Shown here piece after piece: positions 15,620 to 24,000 of a DNA stretch of 24,000 nt. Under the pieces are notes generated by a model. It saw nothing but the letters and a program-made list of their open reading frames with translations. It made no database searches and was not told where the DNA came from. The stretch's first letter is position 1, and each line of letters starts with the position of its first letter. The translations under genes and the position numbers were made by a program. The stretch comes from Arthrobacter sp. GMC3 (lineage in GTDB: Bacteria; Actinomycetota; Actinomycetes; Actinomycetales; Micrococcaceae): the NCBI RefSeq assembly GCF_002929305.1, contig NZ_PJIO01000012.1, positions 8,628-32,627 on the forward strand, in the 5' to 3' direction.

Positions 15620-16858
15620 ATGCGTAGATTTACCTCGCGCTGGCTCACAAGCGGTGCCGTCGCCGCCACGCTCGCCCTGACCGCTTGCAGTTCCGGTTTC
15701 AGCGGTACCAGCGACACGGACGCGCTAACTTCATCGGACAAAGCGCTCACCGTCATGATCGGTTCCTCTGGGGACGCCGAGACGGCGGCAGTCAATGAGG
15801 CCGTAGCCGGCTGGTCCGCCTCAAGTGGCACGAAGGCCAGTGTCATCGTCGCCTCAGACCTAAACCAACAGCTCTCGCAGGGCTTCGCCGCCAAAAAGCC
15901 GGCAGACGTGTTCTACCTTTCTACGGACGCGCTGGCGGGTTACGCATCCAACGGGTCGCTGCTCGCCTACGGTGATCAGCTGAGCAACAAGGATGATTTC
16001 TATCCCAGCCTGGTCAAGGCATTCACCTACCATGGCAAGTTCTACTGCGCGCCAAAGGACTTTGCGACGCTGCAGCTCATTATCAACACGGACATGTGGA
16101 GTGCGGCGGGACTGACCGACAGCGACTTCCCGAAGACCTGGGATCAGCTGGAGGCCGTCTCCAAGAAGCTCACCGGGAACGGTCACGTCGGGCTCGGTAT
16201 GGGGGGTGAATACTTCCGGATTGGCGCTTTCATGGCGCAAGCCGGCGGCAACCTGATGAACGAGGACAGTACGAAGGCGACCGCGAACAGCGACGGCAAC
16301 GTCAAGGCGCTCGACTTCACTAAGCAGATGCTCGACGGCGGACAGCTTAAATTCGCCAAGGACCTTGGCGCGGGCTGGGGCGGAGAGGCGTTTGGGAAGG
16401 GCCTAGCTGCGATGACCATCGAGGGTAACTGGATCACCGGCGCGATGAAGGCTGACTACCCGAACATCAAGTACCAGGTTGTGGAGCTGCCAGCCGGACC
16501 TGCCGGCAAGGGCACCATGCAGTTCAGCAACTGCTGGGGCATCGCTGCCGACAGCCCTAACCAGGCCGCTGCGCTCAAGCTCGTCGAGAAGCTGACCAGC
16601 AAGAGCGACCAGCTCGCCTTTGGTACGGCGTTCGGACCGATGCCGTCGATCAAATCGGCCGGCGATGAGTGGAAGTCAGAGAATCCTGGCCTTGTCCCAT
16701 TCTTTTCCGCCGTCGACTACGCCATGAGCGTTCCGACCGTCAAGGGCTTCGGTGACGTGGTGACTGACTTCAACGGCAAGCTGGAGTCATTGGCCACTGC
16801 CGACCCCAAAGTCATCCTTGACGACACGCAAAAGAACATCGAAGCCCTTCTGAAGTAG
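15620..16858 (+). CDS. ABC sugar transporter substrate-binding lipoprotein (family 1 extracellular solute-binding protein)
   Basis: Signal peptide with lipobox MRRFTSRWLTSGAVAATLALTAC|SSG. The length and composition are typical of a sugar-binding protein. AAGGAGAG lies upstream of the ATG. Confidence 0.85.
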   Translation: MRRFTSRWLTSGAVAATLALTACSSGFSGTSDTDALTSSDKALTVMIGSSGDAETAAVNEAVAGWSASSGTKASVIVASDLNQQLSQGFAAKKPADVFYLSTDALAGYASNGSLLAYGDQLSNKDDFYPSLVKAFTYHGKFYCAPKDFATLQLIINTDMWSAAGLTDSDFPKTWDQLEAVSKKLTGNGHVGLGMGGEYFRIGAFMAQAGGNLMNEDSTKATANSDGNVKALDFTKQMLDGGQLKFAKDLGAGWGGEAFGKGLAAMTIEGNWITGAMKADYPNIKYQVVELPAGPAGKGTMQFSNCWGIAADSPNQAAALKLVEKLTSKSDQLAFGTAFGPMPSIKSAGDEWKSENPGLVPFFSAVDYAMSVPTVKGFGDVVTDFNGKLESLATADPKVILDDTQKNIEALLK

Positions 16859-16886
16859 GGACCTCACTCGCGATGTAGCAAACCAT

Positions 16887-16931
16887 GAGGCGGGCTCACC
16901 TTTCCGACAGCCGGTAGGGAGAGCTCGCCTC
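16887..16931 (+). other. Intercistronic stem-loop (11 bp including one G.U: GAGGCGGGCTC / GAGCTCGCCTC, 23-nt loop) between the binding-protein and permease genes
   Basis: Read directly from the sequence, in the 145-nt gap after the binding-protein stop. Confidence 0.45.
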
Positions 16932-17003
16932 AGGTGACGAGTGGATTGACCTGCCCGCCACCCTAGGAAACACGACACAGACTTTTGTTGAACTGAGGAC
17001 CCC

Positions 17004-18113
17004 ATGACAGCAGTAACGACAATGCCGCCGACCCCGGCCCCCGCGGCCAAGAAGAAGCACCGCCCTCGGGACACCATCGCCGGCTGGCTGTTTACAGCAC
17101 CCATGCTCGTGATCCTCGGACTGTTCCTGGTGGTGCCTGTCGGCATGGCCCTCTGGGTGAGTTTCTCGGACTGGACCGGCCGTGGCAGCCCTTTCTCCTC
17201 AAACGTGGCGTTCGTAGGTATGAATAACTACAAGGATCTCGTGGCTGGCGGAGGGCTGGCCGAACGCGACTTTGGCACGTCCCTGCGCAATAACGCATGG
17301 TACGTGGTGCTGGTAGTGCCCATCCAAACAATCGTGGCCATCTTCCTGGCCGTGCTGGTGAACAGGAAGGTACTTAAGGGACGGGGCTTCTTCCGCACCG
17401 CGTTCTATTTTCCCTCTGTCACGAGCTCGGTTGCCATCACTGTACTGTGGCTGTTCCTTTTCGGTGCCACGGGTGCCGTCAATAAGGTGCTGGGGTTCCT
17501 TGGTATCCACGGACCCAACTGGTTCCAGGACCCGTCTGGTGTCGTGCATAACATACTGGGCGCTTTCGGCATTACCCAGGGCCCTACTTTCCTGACTGAC
17601 ACCAACATGCTTGGCCTGCCCCTATGGGATTGGTTGGCCGGGCCGTCGGTGGCTATGAGCGCGTTCATCATCATGGCCATCTTCACCACCAGCGGCACGT
17701 TCATGCTGTTGTTTATCGCCGCGCTGCAAAACCTCAGCGGCGAGGTCCAAGAGGCTGCCGTGATTGACGGGGCCAATGGCTGGCAGAGTTTTTGGTATGT
17801 CACACTGCCCCAGCTGCGCCCGACTGTCTTCACCGTGGTGACTCTTGGCGTGATCGGTACCTGGCAGGTCTTCGACCAGATCTACACCGGCACCCAGGGC
17901 GGTCCCGGCAAGACCACCCTGACCCCCGCCTACCTCTCCTACACCTCGGCGTTTCAAAGCCAGGAGTGGGGCCGTGGCGCCGCGATCGCATTTGTCCTGT
18001 TCGCCATCATCGTCTTTTTCACACTTCTCCAGCGCCTGGTGCTGCGCGAACGTCCCTTGTCACGACGCCACCGCCGCATCTACGGTGGACCCGCCAAAGG
18101 AGCCGGCAAATGA
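17004..18113 (+). CDS. ABC sugar transporter permease (MalF/CUT1 type)
   Basis: Multiple hydrophobic spans and an EAA loop EAAVIDGANGWQSFWYVTLPQLRP. Confidence 0.85.
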   Translation: MTAVTTMPPTPAPAAKKKHRPRDTIAGWLFTAPMLVILGLFLVVPVGMALWVSFSDWTGRGSPFSSNVAFVGMNNYKDLVAGGGLAERDFGTSLRNNAWYVVLVVPIQTIVAIFLAVLVNRKVLKGRGFFRTAFYFPSVTSSVAITVLWLFLFGATGAVNKVLGFLGIHGPNWFQDPSGVVHNILGAFGITQGPTFLTDTNMLGLPLWDWLAGPSVAMSAFIIMAIFTTSGTFMLLFIAALQNLSGEVQEAAVIDGANGWQSFWYVTLPQLRPTVFTVVTLGVIGTWQVFDQIYTGTQGGPGKTTLTPAYLSYTSAFQSQEWGRGAAIAFVLFAIIVFFTLLQRLVLRERPLSRRHRRIYGGPAKGAGK

Positions 18114-19021
18114 GCACCACCCCCACCTCAGATGAACGCCTACACGGAGCGGTGCCGACCAAGACCACCGAGGAGAAACTGCCGCAGCGAAGCCGCGCAT
18201 TCCTCACCGGTACCTCACTGTTGTACGCTATCCTCGCAGTCATCGCGGTCATCTACATCGGCCCGTTCCTGATCAGCATTGCCACCTCGTTTAAAACCGA
18301 CGCTAACGCCGCAACCGACCCTTTGTCGTTGATTCCCCAGACATGGTCGACGGCGGCGTACACCAAACTGTTCCTGAACTCGGATTTCCCCACCTGGTTC
18401 ACCAACTCGGTCATCGTGACGGTGTTCGTGACGGCTGGACGGGTGTTCCTGAACTCGCTGGCCGGATACGCGCTGGCCAGGCTTGATTTCCGTGGACGGA
18501 ATATCGTATTCGCCGGACTCATAGCCGTCATGGCCGTTCCTGGCGTCGTGCTGCTCATCCCGAAATTCCTGGTCATCAACCAACTGGGCATCTACGACAC
18601 TTATGCCGGCATGATCATTCCGCTCCTAATGGACGCCGCCGGCGTGTTCATCATGAAGAACTTCTTCGAATCAATCCCCTCCAGCGTGGAGGAACAGGCC
18701 CGTATCGATGGCGCCGGGACGTTCCGAACCTTCTGGTCAATCGTGCTCCCCATGGCGCGGCCTGCCCTGATCACCATCGTGATTTTGTCCTTTCAAGGCT
18801 CTTGGAACGAACTCTCGCACTTCATTATTTCTACCCAGTCACCGGACCTGACCGTTCTGACCAAGGGGGTTGCCTCGCTGGCCTCCGGCCAACTCAGCCA
18901 GGGTACCCAATACCCACTCAAGCTCGCCGCAGCAGCCCTCATGACCATCCCTGTGGCAGTGGTGTTCTTCTTGTTCCAAAAACGCATTATGAACTCCAGT
19001 GATGGAGCTATCAAGGAATAG
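18110..19021 (+). CDS. ABC sugar transporter permease (MalG/CUT1 type)
   Basis: The start ATG at 18110 overlaps the upstream stop (ATGA, translational coupling). EAA loop EQARIDGAGTFRTFWSIVLPMARPAL. The track ORF start at 17792 is an out-of-context extension overlapping the previous gene. Confidence 0.85.
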   Translation: MSTTPTSDERLHGAVPTKTTEEKLPQRSRAFLTGTSLLYAILAVIAVIYIGPFLISIATSFKTDANAATDPLSLIPQTWSTAAYTKLFLNSDFPTWFTNSVIVTVFVTAGRVFLNSLAGYALARLDFRGRNIVFAGLIAVMAVPGVVLLIPKFLVINQLGIYDTYAGMIIPLLMDAAGVFIMKNFFESIPSSVEEQARIDGAGTFRTFWSIVLPMARPALITIVILSFQGSWNELSHFIISTQSPDLTVLTKGVASLASGQLSQGTQYPLKLAAAALMTIPVAVVFFLFQKRIMNSSDGAIKE

Positions 19022-19151
19022 CCCCGCCAGCATCTTGCTGGCCATGTGTCGGGCAAGCACTGCCCCGTCTCACGTTTCTTCCAGTACTAACAGCGGTCCC
19101 ACGGATTGTCCGGGAGGCCCGCCACCCACCACCTATGAGGAGCACCTCCCC

Positions 19152-21161
19152 ATGTCCAAGCCTTTGCAGCCACTTCTCCATGACGCAACCGTGGTGCTAT
19201 CCGCACCCACTCAGGTCTGGTCTGCCCCCGATGGGCGCATGACCGGCGGCATCCATGGTCTCTACCACTCAGACACCCGGGTCTTTTCCACCTACCGATT
19301 GTCTGTAGGCGAAATCTCACCGGAACCTCTCGCCAAAGATAGCGTCTCGGCCTCTTCCGTGCGCTTTGCTGCCTTGGCCCGGAACATCGACGACGCCAGT
19401 GCCGATCCGCGGGTCCGCGTCGAAACCCTGCGCGAGGTTTCCGCGGGGTGGATGACGGAAACCATCACCATCCGATCTACTCTGAAAGAACCGATCACCA
19501 CCTCTCTTCGACTAGATCTAGCTGCCGACTTCACCGACATGCAGACCGTCAAAGTAGGACTGGCAGGGAGCACTGAATCTGCCGCCATCTCGGCTGCACA
19601 GGGCCCCGAGACCCTCGTCTTGATTCAAAATTCGATCGAGGCTGCCTTAACGGCACCCGGCGCCACCATTGGTTGTACCACCGACGGCGGCAGCATTAAC
19701 CTCATCTGGAACGTCAACATTCCGGCCAAGTCCGAGGTCACGGTGTCTTGGACCGTGGAAGTGACCGACTCAGCCGCCGTCGTCAACGGCGCATCCGATG
19801 AACCAGAGTGGCTGGGCCTCTCCGTGACATCGGGAGACAGCCGCGTCAGTCGCTGGGTTGATCGGGCTTTGGAGGATCTGAGAGCCCTGCGCATGACCAC
19901 CTCGGCGCACCCCGATGAAACTTTCCTGGCTGCCGGCGCTCCCTGGTTCTTCACTCTCTTTGGCCGCGATTCGCTGATTTCAGCACGGATGTTGCTACCC
20001 CTGGGCACCGCCCTTGCTGGCTCTACGCTGCGTGTACTGGCCGGGTTCCAAGGCACCAAGACTGACAATGCGACGGCTGAACAGCCTGGCAAGATCATGC
20101 ACGAGCTGCGCGCCAAGGAGCTACTGATCCCCGGCGAAGGTGTCTCCTTGCCACCGCTGTACTACGGTACCGTCGACGCCACGGCTCTGTGGGTGTGCCT
20201 GCTCGTTGATGCTTGGCGCTGGGGAATGTCTGAGGAGGAAGTCAAAGAGCTCCTACCAAACATGATCGCGGCCCTTGAGTGGATGCGTACAGACGGCGAT
20301 AGCGATGGCGACGGCTTTCTCGAATACGTCGACCTTACCGGGCATGGACTGGCCAACCAGGGCTGGAAGGACTCTGGTGACTCAGTACAGTGGCGCGACG
20401 GACGACTTGCTGAAGGCCCCATCGCCCTGTGTGAGGTTCAGGCCTATGCTTTCGAAGCGGCCGCAGGTGCGGCTGAGCTCCTGGACCACTTTGGACTCGA
20501 AGGGGCAGAGGAATGGCGCCAGTGGGCTGCGGATCTCGCCATCCGCTTCCGAGCACAGTTCTGGGTTGCAGACGCCGACGGCGCCTACCCCACCATGGCA
20601 CTTGACGCCAACAAGCTCCGCGTGGACACGGTGACCAGCAACATTGGCCACCTGCTGGGCACCGGTCTGCTCAACGCCGAGGAGGAGGCACTTGTTGCGG
20701 CTCGCCTGGTTTCGCCGGAGATGAATTCGGGCTTCGGCTTGCGTACCATGTCCACCGACTCGGCCGGATACTGGCCCTTGAGCTACCACGGCGGCTCCGT
20801 CTGGACTCACGACACGGCCATCGCCATCACCGGGCTCTCGCGTGCCGGATTCCATGCGGAGGCGGCGGAATTGAGCCGCGGACTACTCGCAGCCGCGGAA
20901 GCCTTCGACTACCGGATGCCCGAGCTACACTCGGGCGATGCCCGCAATGCCGGGAAGGTGCCCGCACCGTACCCGGCCTCCTGCCGCCCTCAGGCGTGGT
21001 CGGCGGCGTCGGCCATCGCCGTAGTGGCCTCCGCTCTGAACGTCCAGCCGTCGCGCGCGGATGGCAAGCTGCTGACCTCCGACCGCTGCGAACTGGGTTC
21101 GCTGAGCGTAACCGGGTTCCGCGTTAATGGTGCGCTGGTATCACCTATCGAGGTTGAATGA
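19152..21161 (+). CDS. Amylo-alpha-1,6-glucosidase / bacterial glycogen-debranching-enzyme-like (GDE_N_bis + GDE_C) glycoside hydrolase
   Basis: The N-terminus, LSAPTQVWSAPDGRMTGGIHGLYHSDTRVFSTYRL, is of the GDE N-terminal type. The core contains APWFFTLFGRDSLISARM and GLANQGWKDSGDSVQW...PIALCEVQAYAFEA, hallmarks I recognise from the GDE_C (alpha/alpha)6 family. The start is placed at the ATG at 19152 (MSKPLQ...) with GAGGAG upstream. Confidence 0.7.
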   Translation: MSKPLQPLLHDATVVLSAPTQVWSAPDGRMTGGIHGLYHSDTRVFSTYRLSVGEISPEPLAKDSVSASSVRFAALARNIDDASADPRVRVETLREVSAGWMTETITIRSTLKEPITTSLRLDLAADFTDMQTVKVGLAGSTESAAISAAQGPETLVLIQNSIEAALTAPGATIGCTTDGGSINLIWNVNIPAKSEVTVSWTVEVTDSAAVVNGASDEPEWLGLSVTSGDSRVSRWVDRALEDLRALRMTTSAHPDETFLAAGAPWFFTLFGRDSLISARMLLPLGTALAGSTLRVLAGFQGTKTDNATAEQPGKIMHELRAKELLIPGEGVSLPPLYYGTVDATALWVCLLVDAWRWGMSEEEVKELLPNMIAALEWMRTDGDSDGDGFLEYVDLTGHGLANQGWKDSGDSVQWRDGRLAEGPIALCEVQAYAFEAAAGAAELLDHFGLEGAEEWRQWAADLAIRFRAQFWVADADGAYPTMALDANKLRVDTVTSNIGHLLGTGLLNAEEEALVAARLVSPEMNSGFGLRTMSTDSAGYWPLSYHGGSVWTHDTAIAITGLSRAGFHAEAAELSRGLLAAAEAFDYRMPELHSGDARNAGKVPAPYPASCRPQAWSAASAIAVVASALNVQPSRADGKLLTSDRCELGSLSVTGFRVNGALVSPIEVE

Positions 21162-21466
21162 CACCTGTCTCCGGCGTCCTTGCGTGGTCACACCATGATC
21201 GCCCCGTGAGTCGGACCCAGAATCACCAGCCCGCGCAAGCTATTGCGCGCTATCACCGGCTTAGTCATCGCCTGCAATTCAAGGACCGACAACGGGAATT
21301 TTGGCCAGCAACCGCTGGTCGTGCAAGAACTGATCACGCGAGGATCCCTCCTGACTCGTCCTGCACGGTATGGCAAGCAGCGGCGAACCATAACCTCATC
21401 CACCTCTGCTCACCACTGCAGCTCAAACGGCACTCAGCGATTCAACACACCCACAGAAGGACCCTA

Positions 21467-22192
21467 ATGACTGAACTTCGTAATGCCTGGACCGGCGCTT
21501 CGGCGCTGCTTTTCGACCTAGACGGTGTGCTGACGCCCACCGCAGTTGTCCACGAACAGGCTTGGCAAGAGCTCTTCGAGGACTACCTCATCGAAACCGG
21601 CCATTCGCATGGCTACCAGCAAAGTGACTACTTCGATCATATTGACGGCAAGCCCCGATTCGACGGCGTCCGGGATTTCCTGGCATCGCGCGGCATCAAG
21701 CTGCCGGAGGGCCCCACTGACGATTCGCCAACGAACGAGACAGTCCAGGGCTTGGGCAACCGCAAGAATGTCATCTTCAACAAGATTGTGGACACCCGTG
21801 GTGTGGAACCATACCCGGGCTCGCTCAAGTTCATCAACGCCGCGCTGGAGCAGGGACTGCAGGTAGCGGTCGTATCCTCCTCTCGCAATGCACCCGCAGT
21901 ACTGATTGCCTCGGGCCTTGCCCACCATTTCGAGGTGGTGGTTGATGGGCAGGTGGCTGCTGCCGCCGGGCTTCCAGGCAAGCCGGACCCTGCAACGTTC
22001 GCCTATGCAGCCTCGCTGTTAGGCGTCCCCACCGAAGAATGCATCGTGGTGGAGGACGCTGTGGCAGGCGTCCAGGCTGGGAGCAGAGGCCACTTCCATG
22101 CTGTGATCGGCGTGGACCGCGGCGCAGGCCATCAGAGCCTGTTCGACGCGGGCGCCACTCAAGTAGTTGACGACCTCAACGAACTTCTCTGA
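21467..22192 (+). CDS. Beta-phosphoglucomutase-family HAD hydrolase (pgmB-like)
   Basis: HAD motifs are present: I LLFDLDGVLT, II VVSSSRN, III GKPDPATF, IV VVEDAVAGVQAG. The start is placed at the ATG at 21467 with GAAGGA upstream. The track start at 21158 adds 103 low-complexity residues across an intergenic region. Confidence 0.8.
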   Translation: MTELRNAWTGASALLFDLDGVLTPTAVVHEQAWQELFEDYLIETGHSHGYQQSDYFDHIDGKPRFDGVRDFLASRGIKLPEGPTDDSPTNETVQGLGNRKNVIFNKIVDTRGVEPYPGSLKFINAALEQGLQVAVVSSSRNAPAVLIASGLAHHFEVVVDGQVAAAAGLPGKPDPATFAYAASLLGVPTEECIVVEDAVAGVQAGSRGHFHAVIGVDRGAGHQSLFDAGATQVVDDLNELL

Positions 22193-22222
22193 CTCAACTC
22201 TTTAAAAGGACTTCAAAAGCCT

Positions 22223-24000
22223 ATGGCACTCATCAGCTCTGACCGGCGGCGCTTCCCTTGCGAGCCTTGGAAACTCGTGGAAGACATCCACCTCCCCGGC
22301 GACGAGGGTACCCTCGAGACGCTGTTCGCACTTGGAAACGGCCACCTCGGCATTCGTGGCGCGCACTCTACACGCGGCGACAGCGAACACCCGGGCACCT
22401 TCATCAACGGGTTCCACGAGATCTGGGACATCAAGCACGCCGAGAATGCCTTCGGTTTCGCGCGAACGGGGCAGCGGATAGTGTATGTCCCGGACGCCAA
22501 CAACTTCACGGTCTCCATTGACGGCGAGGCCCTCAGCCTTGCCGAGTCCACTGTGCTGGATTACCAGCGCAGCGTTGACTTCTCCTCAGGGATCTACGAG
22601 GAAACCACCACATGGGCGTGCCGGTCGGGGGCCACCGTCACCACGGCGGAACGTCGCGCAGTGGGGTTCGATTCCCGCGGATGCCTGGGCTTGGAACTCA
22701 CCGTGAGCGCTGATCGCGACGTATCCGCGGACATCACCTCGGGCGTCGTCAACCGCCAGGACCAGGCTGCGGAGGATCACACGGCCCACGACCCACGACG
22801 CTCCGGTCGCCACGCGAGCCGTGTCCTCTTGCCGCTGCATCTCCAGGGCACTGATGGTTCGTTGCGCCTGGCATGGGAAACCTCCGAGTCGCGCCAGCGC
22901 ATCGCCATGGCTGTGGACCATAGGATCTCGGTCGAAGGCCAACCGTTCGAGACTTTGGTGGGAGAGGATGAGTCATCCGTCCGCTACGTCCTTCCCTTGC
23001 AAATGGGAAAGGCTCTAGTCCTCGAGAAGGCCGTCAGTTATGTAACCGCTGCTTCTGGGGCGCCGATTGGGAGGGATGTTCTTCCGGCCTTGGCCGTCTT
23101 GAATGAAGCCGAAGCCGCTGCCGAGGCACTCGTCAACGAGGCAGCCGCTGCTCTCGTACCGGTTCAGACGGTGTTTGCACAGAGCCAGGCGCATTACGAC
23201 CAATACTGGATGACAGCCGACATCGTCCTCGTGGGGCAACCCGAAATACAACAGGCCGTGCGTTGGAGTCTCTTCCAACTAGCTCAGGCTACGGCCCGAG
23301 TTGACGTGGCGGGTATCCCGGCAAAGGGCGTGAGCGGTTCCGGATATGAGGGCCACTATTTCTGGGACCAGGAAGTCTACCTCTTGCCCTACTTGACCTA
23401 CACCAACCCCGGTGGAGCCCGGAAAGTGCTGGAATCCCGGCACAGAATGCTGCCGGAGGCCCGCGTCCGCGCCAAAGAGCTCAATGTTGAAGGCGCATTG
23501 TTCCCCTGGCGGACCATCAATGGCCTAGAAGCAAGTGCATACTACGCGGCAGGCACAGCCCAGTTTCACATTGTCGCGGCAATCGCCTTCGCTGCCAACA
23601 GGTATTCGTGGGCCAGCGCAGACGCAAACTTCCGTAGCGAGATCGGCGCCGAATTGCTGATCGAGACTGCGCGCATGTGGGCCTCTCTGGGCTTCTTTGG
23701 CAAAGACGGCCTGTTCCACATCCACGGTGTCACAGGCCCAGATGAGTATACGGCTGTGGTCAATGACAATCTATACACCAACGTCATGGCCCGTTTTAAC
23801 CTGCGTGCAGCCGCAGCTTTGGAGCACGAATCCATCGCCGAGACTGAGCGCATGATGTGGCGGCAGGCTGCCGAGCGCATGTCCCTGCCCTATGATCCTC
23901 ACTTGGAGGTGCACAGCCAGGACCAGGACTTCATGACCTTGGAGCCGTGGGACTGGAACACCCCGAAATCGAAGTACCCGCTGCTGTTGAACTTCCACCC
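22223..24000 (+). CDS. GH65 glycoside hydrolase / disaccharide phosphorylase (maltose/trehalose/kojibiose-phosphorylase family), 3' end outside the window
   Basis: This gene is not in the supplied ORF track because it has no stop inside the window. My translation from the ATG at 22223 is open to position 24000. It includes MALISSDRRRFPCEPWKLVE...TLFALGNGHLGIRG...GIPAKGVSGSGYEGHYFWDQEVYLLPYL...ALFPWRTINGLEASAYYAAGTAQFHI...IHGVTGPDEYTAVVNDNLYTN...PLLLNFH. The GYEGHxFWDxE segment is the GH65 catalytic-acid region. Confidence 0.85.
   Translation, partial: MALISSDRRRFPCEPWKLVEDIHLPGDEGTLETLFALGNGHLGIRGAHSTRGDSEHPGTFINGFHEIWDIKHAENAFGFARTGQRIVYVPDANNFTVSIDGEALSLAESTVLDYQRSVDFSSGIYEETTTWACRSGATVTTAERRAVGFDSRGCLGLELTVSADRDVSADITSGVVNRQDQAAEDHTAHDPRRSGRHASRVLLPLHLQGTDGSLRLAWETSESRQRIAMAVDHRISVEGQPFETLVGEDESSVRYVLPLQMGKALVLEKAVSYVTAASGAPIGRDVLPALAVLNEAEAAAEALVNEAAAALVPVQTVFAQSQAHYDQYWMTADIVLVGQPEIQQAVRWSLFQLAQATARVDVAGIPAKGVSGSGYEGHYFWDQEVYLLPYLTYTNPGGARKVLESRHRMLPEARVRAKELNVEGALFPWRTINGLEASAYYAAGTAQFHIVAAIAFAANRYSWASADANFRSEIGAELLIETARMWASLGFFGKDGLFHIHGVTGPDEYTAVVNDNLYTNVMARFNLRAAAALEHESIAETERMMWRQAAERMSLPYDPHLEVHSQDQDFMTLEPWDWNTPKSKYPLLLNFH

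Noticed and set aside
1-24000. I looked for CRISPR arrays, rRNA, intact tRNA, integrase/recombinase, toxin-antitoxin pairs and a reverse transcriptase/retron.
   Set aside because: I saw no regularly spaced repeats. No ORF had integrase, reverse transcriptase or toxin-antitoxin motifs. The only tRNA-like sequence is the 3' half at 6451-6505.

Overview
This looks like high-GC actinobacterial DNA; a Micrococcales-like origin is only my inference from codon style and the presence of ppgK. The window has two parts.

(A) Positions 1 to about 6905 are an AT-richer accessory patch full of insertion-sequence debris. It contains an ISL3 transposase pseudogene abutting (apparently inserted into) a truncated IS21 istB gene, a tRNA 3'-half remnant and an IS3 transposase fragment. 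Between these sit two intact, divergently transcribed genes.
- A 1191-aa protein has an N-terminal Mrr-like (D..D..QxK) nuclease motif, a Walker A/B P-loop NTPase and roughly 800 aa of helical repeats. This is an Avs/STAND-like architecture.
- A 237-aa protein matches what I recall as the DUF6308 family.

This pair is my best candidate for an undescribed, probably anti-phage, system.

(B) Positions from about 6908 to 24000 are an ordinary carbohydrate-utilisation locus. It encodes a sugar O-acetyltransferase, a GH36-like alpha-galactosidase, polyphosphate glucokinase, a LacI regulator and a GH63-like hydrolase. It also encodes an ABC sugar importer (lipoprotein binding protein plus two permeases, no ATPase), a GDE-type amylo-alpha-1,6-glucosidase-family protein and a beta-phosphoglucomutase-family hydrolase. 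A GH65 phosphorylase runs off the right edge and is missing from the ORF track.

Several unusually long non-coding gaps and long inverted repeats in part B remain unexplained. I saw no CRISPR array, rRNA or intact tRNA. All family assignments come from motif recognition by eye; no searches were run.
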